DNA of 64,000 nucleotides. Origin: Clostridia bacterium (GTDB lineage: Bacteria > Bacillota > Clostridia > UMGS1883 > UMGS1540). The position numbers and the translations under genes are program-made. Below the pieces are notes generated by a model that worked only from the letters and a program-made list of their open reading frames with translations, was not told the DNA's origin and did not search any database. The DNA lies in contig JAZSDN010000104.1 in the NCBI GenBank assembly GCA_045531205.1, positions 18,100-82,099 on the forward strand. The letters run 5' to 3'. This document shows, in pieces, positions 11,605 to 24,014 of this stretch (positions are counted from its first letter, which is position 1; each line of letters opens with the position of its first letter).

Positions 11605-12875
11605 AATGGAGACAGGCCGTAAGCAAGTATTCCTAAATTATCGGCATAAATTTTCGGGAACTGTGTTATTGGCAGAGGATTTTCTCCAAGTCCTGCCTCA
11701 ATGGTGTATCCTGGTAAATTATAGTTTGAGATAAACCAGTCTTTATACCCTGCAAAGCTTGATTCGTAAGGAACATCGGCTAAAGGATATCCGCTTGCCG
11801 CAGAAAAAATTTCGCCTATCTCAAGTGCTCCGGGCGGCTCAAAATCAAGATACTGCCAGAAAATAACTTCTCCTTGTGTGTGATAGGAAAGGGTAAGCTT
11901 GAATGAGTGATTTAAAGTGTATTGGTATATAGTCCTGCTTTCAGGCTCACTCAACGGCTCCTGCCCTACAAAGTTTATGGGGGAGGGAGAAGTAAAGCCT
12001 TGCGAGAACTTAATTTCCCGCGCGTTTGACCAGCCTGCGGGATAATTTAAGTTTAAATCAACTCCTCGTATATTTGCTTTCCATCCTGAAGGGAATGGAA
12101 CAGACGGATAATCCGCCGAGATTTTTAAAGCATTTTCGTAATATTCTCCGCTGTTTAATGCTCCCGTTACAAGGTCTACGCCGTCGGGATTTACAAGGGG
12201 TACCATATAAAGAGTGGTAGCCCTGAATAAAAGAGGGGAAGGAATATTATATATTTTATCGGCACGGGAATAGCTGTCGGCATAATCTTCGATGAACTTA
12301 AGAAGTACGGGGGTAGTAATCCATTCGTTTGCGTGATGAGAGGCGTTATAGAAAACCTCTCTTTCCCCAACTCCTATCCGAAGGGCAATTAAGTCTTTGC
12401 CCATAACACTTTTGCCTATGGTTTCGCGCGTTATGTAGGGGTATCGCACTAAAAGTCCGTCGCATATAAGCTGTGTCAGTTCATACGAATAGGCAATATT
12501 TGTAGGCACAACAGGGAAGTTATAGGGAATATAAATTTCCTGTCCTATCTGTAAATTTTTAAAATCAAGGTTTGGGTTTGCCGTTTCTACAAGCCGAAAA
12601 GAAGTATTAAATCTTTTGGCTAAATCCCATAAAGTATCCCCGGGGCGTATTTTGTAAACAAAATATCCTTTTATAAAGCGTGAAAGACTTTGCCATGTAA
12701 TGTCACCGAGGACACCGTCGGCTTCAAGATTTTCTGCACGCTGAAAACTTTTTAAAGCATTTTCTGTATTTTCGCCGAAAATGCCGTCAAGCTTTCCGTT
12801 ATAATATCCGCTTCGAAAAAGAGCAAGCTGAAGCATCTGAACTAAAGAACCTGTGTCACCTTTTTTTAGCAACAT
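11601..12875 (-). CDS. Peptidoglycan-binding + LysM + M14 carboxypeptidase-like gamma-D-glutamyl-diamino acid endopeptidase
   Basis: A PG_binding_1-like N-terminus (GDTGSLVQMLQLALFRSGYY...GIFGENT). It is followed by a LysM region (YKIRPGDTLWDLAKRFNTS) and an M14 zinc carboxypeptidase core (HANEW). This architecture resembles endopeptidase I-type enzymes. Confidence 0.65.
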   Translation of the reverse strand: MLLKKGDTGSLVQMLQLALFRSGYYNGKLDGIFGENTENALKSFQRAENLEADGVLGDITWQSLSRFIKGYFVYKIRPGDTLWDLAKRFNTSFRLVETANPNLDFKNLQIGQEIYIPYNFPVVPTNIAYSYELTQLICDGLLVRYPYITRETIGKSVMGKDLIALRIGVGEREVFYNASHHANEWITTPVLLKFIEDYADSYSRADKIYNIPSPLLFRATTLYMVPLVNPDGVDLVTGALNSGEYYENALKISADYPSVPFPSGWKANIRGVDLNLNYPAGWSNAREIKFSQGFTSPSPINFVGQEPLSEPESRTIYQYTLNHSFKLTLSYHTQGEVIFWQYLDFEPPGALEIGEIFSAASGYPLADVPYESSFAGYKDWFISNYNLPGYTIEAGLGENPLPITQFPKIYADNLGILAYGLSPF

Positions 12876-12932
12876 AAAAACACCTCCTGACTTAAATTAT
12901 ATGCAGAAGGTGTTTAGTAAAATACTTAATAT

Positions 12933-13517
12933 TTATTTAATGTAGCCTTTTTTTATTCCGTCATCTATCATTGCACAAATGGTAGGCCACATTGCAGGGA
13001 TGGTTTTTTCGGCAATTCCTACTCTTGCAAGTATCTGCTCGCGTGTTGCATTGCCTAAAACCCATGCGTGGCCGTCTGTATGGTAGTTACCTATAAATGC
13101 CTGAATTCTGTCCATACAGTTTGCATAAACAGAATCGGGAGTTTTACATTCGTCAAATTCATCAAACAAAGCACGAAGCTCTTTCCCGCAATCGTCGGGC
13201 ATCAAACCAAAAATTTTGTCGGCAGCAATGCGTTCTCTTTCCTGTTTGCCCTCGTTTGCTGCTACGTCATAGGCAAAGGTATCGCCCGCATAAATTTCTA
13301 CAAGGTCGTGAACTATAGCCATTTTCAAAACCCTTAACATATCAATCTCTTCGGAGGCATATTCTTCAAACAGCATAGCACAAAGAGCAAGATGCCAGGA
13401 ATGTTCAGCATCGTTTTCTCTTCTTGAACGGTCAAGCAAAATATTTCTGCGGAAAACGCTTTTCATTTTATCGGTTTCGAGTAAAAATTTAATTTTTGAG
13501 TCAATTTTTGTATCCAT
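12933..13517 (-). CDS. HD-domain phosphohydrolase (YfbR-like 5'-deoxynucleotidase family)
   Basis: HD motif (HSWHLALCAM...VHDLVEIYAGD). Size 194 aa. Confidence 0.7.
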   Translation of the reverse strand: MDTKIDSKIKFLLETDKMKSVFRRNILLDRSRRENDAEHSWHLALCAMLFEEYASEEIDMLRVLKMAIVHDLVEIYAGDTFAYDVAANEGKQERERIAADKIFGLMPDDCGKELRALFDEFDECKTPDSVYANCMDRIQAFIGNYHTDGHAWVLGNATREQILARVGIAEKTIPAMWPTICAMIDDGIKKGYIK

Positions 13518-13594
13518 AATATGCTCCTTTTATAAATTATTATTATAAGTATATCATATATAAAAATAAAATCAAAGAAAATTCGTAAAAATAC

Positions 13595-13623
13595 TTGACA
13601 ATTTTGGAATATAGTGGTATCGT
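13595..13623 (+). promoter_or_regulatory. Putative sigma-A promoter of the hrcA operon (TTGACA-N17-TATCGT)
   Basis: A perfect -35 TTGACA at 13595-13600 and a weak -10 at 13618-13623, directly upstream of CIRCE. The weak -10 makes the assignment uncertain. Confidence 0.4.
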
Positions 13624-13633
13624 AATATCTAAA

Positions 13634-13660
13634 TTAGCACTCTTTGAAGTTGAGTGCTAA
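13634..13660 (+). promoter_or_regulatory. CIRCE operator (HrcA binding site), perfect TTAGCACTC-N9-GAGTGCTAA
   Basis: Read directly: ttagcactc tttgaagtt gagtgctaa. This matches the CIRCE consensus exactly and lies just upstream of hrcA. Confidence 0.95.
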
Positions 13661-13674
13661 CAGGAGATGGTAAC

Positions 13675-14691
13675 ATGGAACTTGATAGCAGAAAAAAACA
13701 AATACTTGCTGCCATTGTAGATAACTACATAAAAACGGCAGAGCCAGTAGGCTCTGTTACCATAGCAAAAAATTACGGAATACATTTGAGCTCGGCAACC
13801 ATCCGTAACGAAATGGCAGACCTTGAAAGTATGGGATATCTTGATAAGCCTCACACCTCTGCAGGGAGAATTCCGTCAAGTCTTGGATACAGACTTTATG
13901 TTGAGCATCTTATGAACAAATATAGCCTTACAAAAGAAGAAACACAAATTCTTAAAAAGGTTATGCAAGATAAAATAAACGGCTTTGACGATATAGTTTT
14001 CCACGCATCTGATGCTTTAAGTGCAATGACAAATTATATTACCGTTGCAACAGCGTGCGAGCAAAGAGGAGATAAGATAGAAAGCTTTGAAATTATACCC
14101 ATAGGATATTCAAAGGCTCTTTTGGTAGTAACAATAGACGACGGCAAGGTAAAAAGCGCGGGACTTAACACAGAAAATATGTCCCCTGAATATATTGCAC
14201 TTATTTCAAGGGTGCTTTCGGCAAAGTTTGAAGGACGCTCTCCTTTTGATTTGGAAGAAAGAGAACGCAGAGAACTCCAGAGTCTTTTAAACGATGTTCC
14301 GGGTCTTTACAGAGAAATTTTAGATAATTTGTATGACTGGTTAAGACCGAGAAAGAAGGTTCACCTTGGCGGAATGGTAAATATATTCAATCATCCCGAA
14401 TACAGAGATTTTGAAAAAGCAAAAAAACTGCTCGGATTTGTTGAAAAGGGCGAAAATGTAAATTCAATAATGAGCGATGACGGTGCAAAAATAAAAATTA
14501 CAATAGGCGACGAAAATGTTCACGAAGAACTGAAAAACTGCAGTGTTGTAATTGCACATTATAACCTTGGCGGAAAGATAGAAGGGGATATAGGAATTAT
14601 AGGCCCCTGCCGTATGTATTACTCGAAGGTGGTATCGTCACTTTCGGCGGCAACAAACGCACTTTGCGAAGCTTTTGGCAAATTGCTTTAA
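13675..14691 (+). CDS. hrcA: Heat-inducible transcription repressor HrcA
   Basis: HrcA family sequence with CIRCE upstream and the operon hrcA-grpE-dnaK-dnaJ. ATG 13675 (MELDSRKK) is preferred because AGGAGA lies 7 nt upstream. The ORF-track GTG start at 13654 falls inside CIRCE. Confidence 0.9.
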   Translation: MELDSRKKQILAAIVDNYIKTAEPVGSVTIAKNYGIHLSSATIRNEMADLESMGYLDKPHTSAGRIPSSLGYRLYVEHLMNKYSLTKEETQILKKVMQDKINGFDDIVFHASDALSAMTNYITVATACEQRGDKIESFEIIPIGYSKALLVVTIDDGKVKSAGLNTENMSPEYIALISRVLSAKFEGRSPFDLEERERRELQSLLNDVPGLYREILDNLYDWLRPRKKVHLGGMVNIFNHPEYRDFEKAKKLLGFVEKGENVNSIMSDDGAKIKITIGDENVHEELKNCSVVIAHYNLGGKIEGDIGIIGPCRMYYSKVVSSLSAATNALCEAFGKLL

Positions 14692-14701
14692 GGAGGAAAA
14701 T

Positions 14702-15214
14702 ATGAGCGAAAATAAAGAAGAAAAAGAAATTTTAGAAGAAACTGCACAAGAAACAGTTGAAGAAAATGCACAGCCTTCTGCAGAGCCTGAAAAAACAGAC
14801 TACTATGATAAATATTTAAGAACAGTAGCAGAGTTTGATAACTACAGAAAAAGAACACAAAAAGAAAAAGATACAATGTATCTTGACGGAAAGGCAGACT
14901 GCGTTGCTGCATTTTTACCCCTTGCAGACAATATGGAAAGATGCGTTACGGCAGCAGAAGCATCGGGCGATGTTGAAAGCCTTAAAAAAGGCATAGAGCT
15001 TATGGTAAAGCAGTTTGACGATATTTTAAAAAGTCTTAAGGTAGAACCTATTCCCGCAGTGGGCGAGGAGTTTAACCCCGAGCTTCACAATGCGGTTATG
15101 CATATAGAGGATGAAACCTGCGATACAAACACAATAGTTGAAGAGTTTCAGAAGGGCTACCGCACAGTTGACGGAAAAATTATACGTCACAGTATGGTAA
15201 AGGTAGCAAACTAA
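14702..15214 (+). CDS. grpE: Nucleotide exchange factor GrpE
   Basis: GrpE family with an acidic N-terminus and a conserved C-terminal domain. The preferred start is MSENKEEK, with AAGGAGGA upstream. The longer ORF from 14675 overlaps the hrcA stop. Confidence 0.9.
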   Translation: MSENKEEKEILEETAQETVEENAQPSAEPEKTDYYDKYLRTVAEFDNYRKRTQKEKDTMYLDGKADCVAAFLPLADNMERCVTAAEASGDVESLKKGIELMVKQFDDILKSLKVEPIPAVGEEFNPELHNAVMHIEDETCDTNTIVEEFQKGYRTVDGKIIRHSMVKVAN

Positions 15215-15240
15215 AAAGGTTTATTAAAGAAAGGAAGTAA

Positions 15241-17088
<1,848 letters not shown>

Positions 17089-17093
17089 TTTAA

Positions 17094-18206
17094 ATGTCTA
17101 AAAGAGATTATTACGAGGTGCTCGGCGTAAGCCGCGGGGCAAGTGATGCAGAGCTTAAAAAGGCATTTCGCCAGATGGCAAAAAAGTATCATCCCGATGT
17201 AAATCGCGAAGCCGATGCAGATGCAAAGTTTAAAGAAGTAAACGAAGCATACGAAATTTTGAGTGACCCTGATAAACGTGCCCGCTATGACCAGTTTGGT
17301 CATGCGGGCGTAGACCCTTCTGCCGGCGGCGGTGCAGGCTACGGCGGTGGCGGATTCGGAGGCTTTGATTTTGACCTTGGCGACATTTTTGGCGAATTTT
17401 TCGGCGGAGGAAGAGCAAGGGCAAACAGGGCATCAAGAGGGGAAGATTTATACGAATCCATACAGATTACATTTAAGGAAGCGGCTTTTGGCGTTAAAAA
17501 GACCGTTGATGTTATAGCGCTTGAAACCTGCGGGGAATGTTCGGGAAGCGGTGCTAAAAAAGGAACCTCGCCAGAAACCTGTCCCACCTGTCGCGGAACA
17601 GGTCAGGTTAGAATGAGTATGGGCTTTATGACTACTGCAAGAACCTGTGATACCTGTCGTGGTACGGGTAAAATAATTAAAAATCCTTGTGAAAAGTGTG
17701 GCGGTCACGGTCTTGTAAGAAGGAAAAAGAAAATTGATGTTAATATTCCAGGCGGAATCAAGGATGGTCAGGCAGTATCTGTAAGGGGCGAAGGTAACCA
17801 CGGCAGACATGGCGGACCTGCAGGCGATATAATAATAGAAGTACACGTAAAACCCGACCCATTCTTTGAAAGAAGGGGCGATGACGTTATATGCCAAGTA
17901 CCCGTTACATTTACAGAAGCAGCACTCGGTGCGGAAATTGAAGTTCCTACTTTAGACGGCAAGGTGAAATATGATATTCCCGAAGGAACACAAAACGGAA
18001 CAATTTTCCGCCTGCGTGACAAGGGTGTAAATCATATTGGTATGCGTGGCAGAGGCGACCAGCTTGTTTATATTGATGTTGAAGTTCCAAAGAACTTAAC
18101 AAGTGAACAAAAGAAGATTTTAGAAAGCTTTGCCGAAGCAACGGGCAGTAAAAACTACAAAGTAAAAAAGAGCTTTTATGATAAAATAAAAAGCAAGTTA
18201 AGCTGA
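17094..18206 (+). CDS. dnaJ: Molecular chaperone DnaJ
   Basis: A J-domain with HPD, a G/F-rich region and four CxxCxGxG zinc-finger repeats. Confidence 0.95.
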   Translation: MSKRDYYEVLGVSRGASDAELKKAFRQMAKKYHPDVNREADADAKFKEVNEAYEILSDPDKRARYDQFGHAGVDPSAGGGAGYGGGGFGGFDFDLGDIFGEFFGGGRARANRASRGEDLYESIQITFKEAAFGVKKTVDVIALETCGECSGSGAKKGTSPETCPTCRGTGQVRMSMGFMTTARTCDTCRGTGKIIKNPCEKCGGHGLVRRKKKIDVNIPGGIKDGQAVSVRGEGNHGRHGGPAGDIIIEVHVKPDPFFERRGDDVICQVPVTFTEAALGAEIEVPTLDGKVKYDIPEGTQNGTIFRLRDKGVNHIGMRGRGDQLVYIDVEVPKNLTSEQKKILESFAEATGSKNYKVKKSFYDKIKSKLS

Positions 18207-18220
18207 AGGAGAATATTTTT

Positions 18221-18817
18221 ATGAGAGAATATCTTATAAAACGCAAAACCGATAAAATGTGGGATGCTGCCGAAAGAGCAGATATAGATAATTTTCAGTG
18301 GGTAACCGATTACACACCAAAATCTCACGCATGGCTTTTGTATGATGACGAAAATATTTATGTAAAAATGGAAAGCTACGACAGCGAGGTTTTTGCTGAA
18401 TGCAAAGAACGCAACGGGGAGGTTTCGGAAGACAGTTGTCTGGAATTTTTTATTTGCCCCGTATCAAAACCTAATTACATAAATATCGAAATAAATATCA
18501 TAGGTACTTTGTATCTTGGTACAGCAACAGGCAGACCCGATATTACTCCTCTTGATGACCCCGAAGAAATATTTGATATAAAAACATCGGTAAAGGATAT
18601 AAAGGACTATAACGGGGAAAAATGGACTGTGGAATACAAAGTTCCCTTTTCGTTTTTAAAGAAAGTGTACGGGGAATTTGATATTAAAGACGGTTTTTAT
18701 GCAAATATGTATAAGATATGTATGGCAAAAGAACACTATGGTACGTGGAATCCTATTGACTATCCTACACCTGAATTCCACTGGAAAAAAAGTTTTGGAA
18801 AATTAAATCTTGAATAA
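18221..18817 (+). CDS. Hypothetical cytoplasmic protein (198 aa), possibly a beta-sandwich / CBM9-like fold
   Basis: Clean ORF with an RBS and no signal peptide. I recognise no confident family, so the fold suggestion is inference only. Confidence 0.4.
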   Translation: MREYLIKRKTDKMWDAAERADIDNFQWVTDYTPKSHAWLLYDDENIYVKMESYDSEVFAECKERNGEVSEDSCLEFFICPVSKPNYINIEINIIGTLYLGTATGRPDITPLDDPEEIFDIKTSVKDIKDYNGEKWTVEYKVPFSFLKKVYGEFDIKDGFYANMYKICMAKEHYGTWNPIDYPTPEFHWKKSFGKLNLE

Positions 18818-18922
18818 AAGTGTTGACTTATACAAAAAAATATAGTAGAATACTTAATGTAAATTAAATAAAATTATCCGGTTGGACGGCAAATGCCGTT
18901 TTCAAGTAAACAAAGCTTTAGG

Positions 18923-18958
18923 GTGGAGAGCTGTTTTTGGCTCTCCGCTTATTTTTTT
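18923..18958 (+). terminator. Rho-independent terminator after the dnaK operon
   Basis: Hairpin ggagagc-tgtttttg-gctctcc followed by ttattttttt. Confidence 0.65.
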
Positions 18959-18971
18959 GGAGGTGTATAAT

Positions 18972-19052
18972 TTGAAGAAGGATTTATTATTGACAATAGG
19001 CTTTTTTGCTGTAGCTTTAGTAGCAATTTTAGTTGTAAAGGCATTTATGTAA
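18972..19052 (+). CDS. Possible small hydrophobic peptide (26 aa, TTG start; LKKDLLLTIGFFAVALVAILVVKAFM)
   Basis: GGAGGTG lies 7 nt upstream of TTG. The peptide has a single predicted transmembrane helix. It is flanked by terminators on both sides. It is below the ORF-track cutoff and speculative. Confidence 0.25.
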   Translation: MKKDLLLTIGFFAVALVAILVVKAFM

Positions 19053-19126
19053 AAAGTATTTATATAAAAAAGGTTTGACCTTGAAGGTTAAACCTTTTTT
19101 ATATGCGAAAATATAGCAAATAATAC

Positions 19127-19155
19127 TTGTATTTTAAACTAAATTTTGGTATAAT
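19127..19155 (+). promoter_or_regulatory. Putative extended -10 sigma-A promoter for secA (TTGTAT-N17-TG-n-TATAAT)
   Basis: tggtataat at 19147-19155 and ttgtat at 19127-19132, about 58 nt upstream of the secA start. Confidence 0.5.
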
Positions 19156-19213
19156 ATAAAATAGAATACGTGTATTTTGCCATTTTTTTAATTTTGGCAG
19201 TAAGGAGAATAAA

Positions 19214-21937
19214 ATGGGACTTTTTGAAAAGGTTTTCGGAACCTATAGCGAACGTGAAATTAAAAGAATATTACCACTTATTGATAAAATAGAAAACTAT
19301 GCAGAAAGCTTTGGCAAATTATCGGATGCCGAGCTTACACAAAAAACGGCAGAATTTAAAGAAAGACTTAAAAACGGCGAAACTTTAGACGATATTTTAC
19401 CCGAAGCTTTTGCCACTGTCAGAGAAGCATCCGCACGTGTACTCGGTATGCGCCACTTTAAGGTACAGCTTATAGGCGGTATAGTTTTGCATCAGGGCAG
19501 AATATCCGAAATGAAAACAGGTGAAGGTAAAACTCTGGTTGCAACACTTCCGGCATATTTGAATGCTTTATCGGGCAAGGGTGTGCACATTGTAACTGTA
19601 AACGATTATCTTGCAAAGCGTGACAGCGAATGGATGGGTAAGCTTTACCGCTTTTTAGGGCTTTCGGTAGGTCTTATAGTTCACGGCTTAACTCCCGAAG
19701 AGAGAAAAGCAGCCTATGCGGCAGATATAACCTATGGTACAAATAACGAAATGGGTTTTGATTACCTTCGTGACAATATGGTAATCTACAAAGAAAATAT
19801 GGTGCAAAGAGGTCATAACTTTGCAATTGTTGACGAAGTTGACTCCATTTTGATAGACGAAGCAAGAACTCCCCTTATAATAAGCGGTATGGGGGACAAG
19901 TCAAATAAGCTTTACGAGCTTGCCGATACGCTTGTAAAGGGCATGAGAGGAATAAAAATTACCGAGCTTAACGATAAGGAACTGCACGACGATTACGACG
20001 GTGACTATATTGTTGACGAAAAGGCACGTTCTGTAACCTTAACAGCAAAGGGTATAAAAAAAGCAGAAGAATTTTTCTCTATAGAAAATCTTTCTGACCC
20101 TGAAAACAGCGAAATTTCACATCACGTAAATCAGGCTATGAAAGCCTACGGCACAATGAACCGCGACCAGCAGTATGTTGTAAAAGACGGTCAGGTTTTA
20201 ATAGTTGACGAATTTACAGGCCGTATTATGCAGGGACGCCGTTACAGCGACGGTTTGCATCAGGCAATAGAAGCTAAAGAACGAGTAAAAATCGAAAACG
20301 AAAATAAAACCCTTGCAACCATTACATTCCAGAACTATTTCAGGATGTATGCAAAACTTTCGGGTATGACGGGTACTGCAAAAACCGAGGAGGAAGAATT
20401 CAGGGGCATTTACGGACTTGACGTTATTGAAATTCCTACAAACAGACCCCTTGCACGTTTTGACGAATCTGATAAGGTGTATAAAACCGAGCAGGCAAAA
20501 TTTAATGCAGTTGCCAATATGATAGAAGAAAAACACAAAACAGGTCAGCCTGTTTTGGTTGGTACTATAACAATAGAAAAATCTGAAAAATTAAGCAATA
20601 TTCTTAAAAAACGCGGTGTAAAGCACGAGGTTTTAAATGCAAAGCACCACCAGAGAGAAGCACAGATAATAGCACAGGCAGGTAAAAAAGGTGCTGTTAC
20701 CATTGCAACCAACATGGCGGGCAGAGGTACCGACATTATGCTTGGCGGTAATGCCGAATATCTTGCAAAAAGCGAAATGACACGAGTTTTAGATGAGGAT
20801 GGCGAGCCTAAATATTCAGATTTTTTAATAAACGAAGCAACAGGCTTTGCCGAAACCGATAATGCCGAAATTTTAGAGGCAAGAGAAACCTATCGTACTT
20901 TTTATGAAAAGCATAAGGTGGATGTAGACAAAGAACATGCCGAGGTTGTTGATTTGGGCGGACTTTGTATAATTGGTACAGAAAGGCACGAATCACGCCG
21001 TATTGACAATCAGCTCCGTGGCCGTGCCGGCAGACAGGGCGACCCCGGTTCATCCTGCTTCTTTATATCACTTGAGGATGATTTAATGCGTCTTTTCGGT
21101 TCTGAAAGACTTGAAGGGGTTGTAAATGCTTTAGGTCTTTCGGACGACGATGTTATAGAACATTCTATGCTTACAAAGGCAATAGAAAGTGCACAGAAAA
21201 AGGTTGAAGGCAATAACTTCCAGATTAGAAAGCACGTTCTGCAGTATGACGATGTTATGAATACTCAGCGTGAAACTATATACTCGCAAAGACAGAAGGT
21301 TTTAAACGGCGAGGATATAAGCGAAGTAATAAAGGGTATGATAGACAGTGTTGTTGAAAATATGGTTTTAACATACACAAATGCCGAAACTTCCGCTGAC
21401 TGGAACTATGCAGGATTAACAGAATATGCATCAAGTATGTTTGCACCTGTCGAAATCCCCGAAGAAGACAGACAAAAGCTTACTGACCTCTTCCGTGAAC
21501 TTGCATACAAGCTTTATGCAGAAAAGGAACAAGAGTTTGGCGAAAATATGAGGGAACTCGAAAGAGTAGTTTTACTTCGTGCGGTTGACTCAAAGTGGAT
21601 GACACATATTGACGATATGGACCAGTTAAGACAGGGCATAGGTCTTTTATCATTTGCAAAGCATAACCCTGTTACAGAATATCAGATAGTCGGCTTTGAT
21701 ATGTTTGAAGAGATGATTCAGAGTATCCGTGAAGACACGGTAAAATATCTGCTTCACGCACAGATAAACCGCCAGCCGCTTCAAAGACAGCAGGTTGCTA
21801 AAGAGGCACAGGCATCGGCAGGCGACACAAATGCCGATACAACAGTAAAAAAAGACAAAAAGGTTGGAAGAAACGACCTTTGTCCCTGCGGAAGCGGCAA
21901 AAAATATAAAAAGTGCTGCGGTGCAGACAGTCAATAA
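19214..21937 (+). CDS. secA: Preprotein translocase ATPase SecA
   Basis: 907 aa with a DEAD-like motor ([17 protein letters not shown]) and a C-terminal zinc-binding tail ([14 protein letters not shown]). Confidence 0.97.
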   Translation: MGLFEKVFGTYSEREIKRILPLIDKIENYAESFGKLSDAELTQKTAEFKERLKNGETLDDILPEAFATVREASARVLGMRHFKVQLIGGIVLHQGRISEMKTGEGKTLVATLPAYLNALSGKGVHIVTVNDYLAKRDSEWMGKLYRFLGLSVGLIVHGLTPEERKAAYAADITYGTNNEMGFDYLRDNMVIYKENMVQRGHNFAIVDEVDSILIDEARTPLIISGMGDKSNKLYELADTLVKGMRGIKITELNDKELHDDYDGDYIVDEKARSVTLTAKGIKKAEEFFSIENLSDPENSEISHHVNQAMKAYGTMNRDQQYVVKDGQVLIVDEFTGRIMQGRRYSDGLHQAIEAKERVKIENENKTLATITFQNYFRMYAKLSGMTGTAKTEEEEFRGIYGLDVIEIPTNRPLARFDESDKVYKTEQAKFNAVANMIEEKHKTGQPVLVGTITIEKSEKLSNILKKRGVKHEVLNAKHHQREAQIIAQAGKKGAVTIATNMAGRGTDIMLGGNAEYLAKSEMTRVLDEDGEPKYSDFLINEATGFAETDNAEILEARETYRTFYEKHKVDVDKEHAEVVDLGGLCIIGTERHESRRIDNQLRGRAGRQGDPGSSCFFISLEDDLMRLFGSERLEGVVNALGLSDDDVIEHSMLTKAIESAQKKVEGNNFQIRKHVLQYDDVMNTQRETIYSQRQKVLNGEDISEVIKGMIDSVVENMVLTYTNAETSADWNYAGLTEYASSMFAPVEIPEEDRQKLTDLFRELAYKLYAEKEQEFGENMRELERVVLLRAVDSKWMTHIDDMDQLRQGIGLLSFAKHNPVTEYQIVGFDMFEEMIQSIREDTVKYLLHAQINRQPLQRQQVAKEAQASAGDTNADTTVKKDKKVGRNDLCPCGSGKKYKKCCGADSQ

Positions 21938-21955
21938 AAAAGAAGGGGTAACAAC

Positions 21956-23077
21956 ATGGTAGAATATGATGAATACAGATTAGGTCTTGTGGCGATGAAA
22001 AAGGATATCGATGAGCTTAGCGAAACTCTCGGTATAGAGCGTGACAGACAGTCTTTGGAAGAATTAAAAGAAAAAACAGCGGCACCTGATTTTTATAACG
22101 ATATAGAAAATTCGCAAAAGGTGCTTAAAAAGCTTAAACAACTTGAAAACAAAATAGAACGCTATGAAGCACTTGGAAACTCAAGAGATGATACCGAAAC
22201 CTTAATAGAGCTTGCAGAAATGGAAGAAGACTTATCCTTTTTGGAAGAGGTTTCGCAAGCTTATTCTGCTTTGCAGGAGGATATCGAGAATATGAGACTT
22301 GAAGCATTGCTTTCGGGTCCCTACGATAAAAACAATGCAATATTGACTCTGCACGCAGGTGCAGGCGGAACAGAAGCACAGGACTGGGCACAGATGCTGT
22401 ACCGTATGTATCAGATGTTTTCTGAAAGAAGAGGATATAAAGTATCTGTTATGGACTTTCTTGACGGTGACGAAGCGGGTATAAAAAGCGTAACCTTTAT
22501 GATAGAAGGAGAAAACGCTTACGGCTACTTAAAATGCGAAAAGGGCGTACACAGACTTGTAAGAATATCACCCTTTGACGCATCGGGAAGAAGACATACT
22601 TCCTTTGCATCCTTGGAAGTTATGCCTGAAATTGATGACGATATCGAAGTAAATATAAATCCTGACGATTTGAAGATTGACACCTTCCGTTCAAGCGGTG
22701 CGGGCGGTCAGCACGTAAACAAAACATCTTCGGCAATAAGAATAACACATATCCCTACAGGAATTGTTGTTGCCTGCCAGAACGAACGTTCACAGCATCA
22801 GAACAAGGATATGGCAATGAAAATGTTAAAGGCAAAGCTTGCCGAAATTGCAGAACGTGAGCATAAAGAAAAAATCGAGGATATAAAAGGTGTTCAGAAA
22901 GAAATTGCCTGGGGAAGCCAGATACGTTCTTATGTATTCTGCCCCTATACAATGGCAAAAGACCACAGAACAAACTTTGAAATAACAAACATAAACTCGG
23001 TAATGGACGGAAATATAGACGGATTTATAAATGCCTACTTAAAGGCTGTAAATTTAGGAGAGCTTTCGGAGAAATAA
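21956..23077 (+). CDS. prfB: Peptide chain release factor 2, encoded as one uninterrupted ORF
   Basis: SPF and GGQ motifs (FRSSGAGGQHVNKT). Synteny after secA. No in-frame UGA or CUU UGA C frameshift site is present near codon 25. Confidence 0.9.
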   Translation: MVEYDEYRLGLVAMKKDIDELSETLGIERDRQSLEELKEKTAAPDFYNDIENSQKVLKKLKQLENKIERYEALGNSRDDTETLIELAEMEEDLSFLEEVSQAYSALQEDIENMRLEALLSGPYDKNNAILTLHAGAGGTEAQDWAQMLYRMYQMFSERRGYKVSVMDFLDGDEAGIKSVTFMIEGENAYGYLKCEKGVHRLVRISPFDASGRRHTSFASLEVMPEIDDDIEVNINPDDLKIDTFRSSGAGGQHVNKTSSAIRITHIPTGIVVACQNERSQHQNKDMAMKMLKAKLAEIAEREHKEKIEDIKGVQKEIAWGSQIRSYVFCPYTMAKDHRTNFEITNINSVMDGNIDGFINAYLKAVNLGELSEK

Positions 23078-23078
23078 A

Positions 23079-24002
23079 ATGAACTATACAACACTTGCTT
23101 TTGAAAATATTTCGGTGCTTATTCTTATTATAGCAATAGGTTATATATTGCGTATAAAGAATATTTTGCCAAAAGAAGCTTCGAAAATACTTTCAACTTT
23201 AGTTTACTGGCTGTTTTTACCTGCGGTAATTTTTAAGTCAATAACCGAAAACCTTTCGCCCGATAATATTTACGCAGAATATAAATATATTGTGCTTGGG
23301 CTTATAATGGTAACTGTAAGCTTTGTAATATCATTTATTATTGCAAGATTTTTTGAGAAAAAGGGACAATTTCACGATATAGTTGCCTACTCTCTTGCAA
23401 TACCAAATATAGGTTACATAGGTTACCCTCTTATTCAGGGAGTTTTGGGGGATGAAGGCCTTTTCCACATGGTAATGTTTGCAATATTTTTTAACGTTGG
23501 AATATTAACTATAGGAGATTACATTTTAAATCCTAAAAGAGAGTTAAAAATAAAAGCCTTGATAAATCCTACTCTTGTTATGATGGCACTTGCGGTAGTG
23601 CTTGCTCTTCTTGGAATAAAAATGCCTAAGATTGTAAACAACACAGTTTCTAATCTTGCCTCGTGTATGGCACCGAGTGCAATGCTTTTAGCGGGCGTTC
23701 TTATGTCAGAAAAGCCTTTAAAAGAAATGTTTACATCAAAAAGAATTTATCTTCTTATGATTATAAAAAACTTTTTTATGCCACTGCTTTTTGGTGCGAT
23801 ACTTTATCTTATAGGCTTAAGAGGAGAAATTTATATTATAGCAGTTGCATCTGTTGCATTGCCTATGGGGCTTAATGCGGCAGTCTTTCCCGAAGCACAC
23901 GGAGGCGACGGGTCAGAAGGTGCAAAATCCTGCTTTATATCAACTTTATTTGCGGTTATATCAATACCGCTGGTATTTTATATTATTACAAATATAGCAT
24001 AG
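23079..24002 (+). CDS. AEC (auxin efflux carrier) family membrane transporter
   Basis: 307 aa with about 10 hydrophobic segments. The N-terminus resembles AEC/malate permease family proteins. Confidence 0.65.
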   Translation: MNYTTLAFENISVLILIIAIGYILRIKNILPKEASKILSTLVYWLFLPAVIFKSITENLSPDNIYAEYKYIVLGLIMVTVSFVISFIIARFFEKKGQFHDIVAYSLAIPNIGYIGYPLIQGVLGDEGLFHMVMFAIFFNVGILTIGDYILNPKRELKIKALINPTLVMMALAVVLALLGIKMPKIVNNTVSNLASCMAPSAMLLAGVLMSEKPLKEMFTSKRIYLLMIIKNFFMPLLFGAILYLIGLRGEIYIIAVASVALPMGLNAAVFPEAHGGDGSEGAKSCFISTLFAVISIPLVFYIITNIA

Positions 24003-24014
24003 GAGGAAAAGAGA

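Noticed and set aside
13654-13674. Upstream alternative starts reported by the ORF track (GTG 13654 for hrcA, ATG 14675 for grpE, TTG 48918 and ATG 42847 for the surface-protein genes)
   Set aside because: Each downstream ATG has a properly spaced Shine-Dalgarno and yields the canonical N-terminus or signal peptide. The upstream starts overlap CIRCE or a preceding stop, or lack an RBS.
21956-22060. Search for the prfB programmed frameshift site
   Set aside because: None is present. The ORF is continuous, and this is reported as a finding rather than as a pseudogene.
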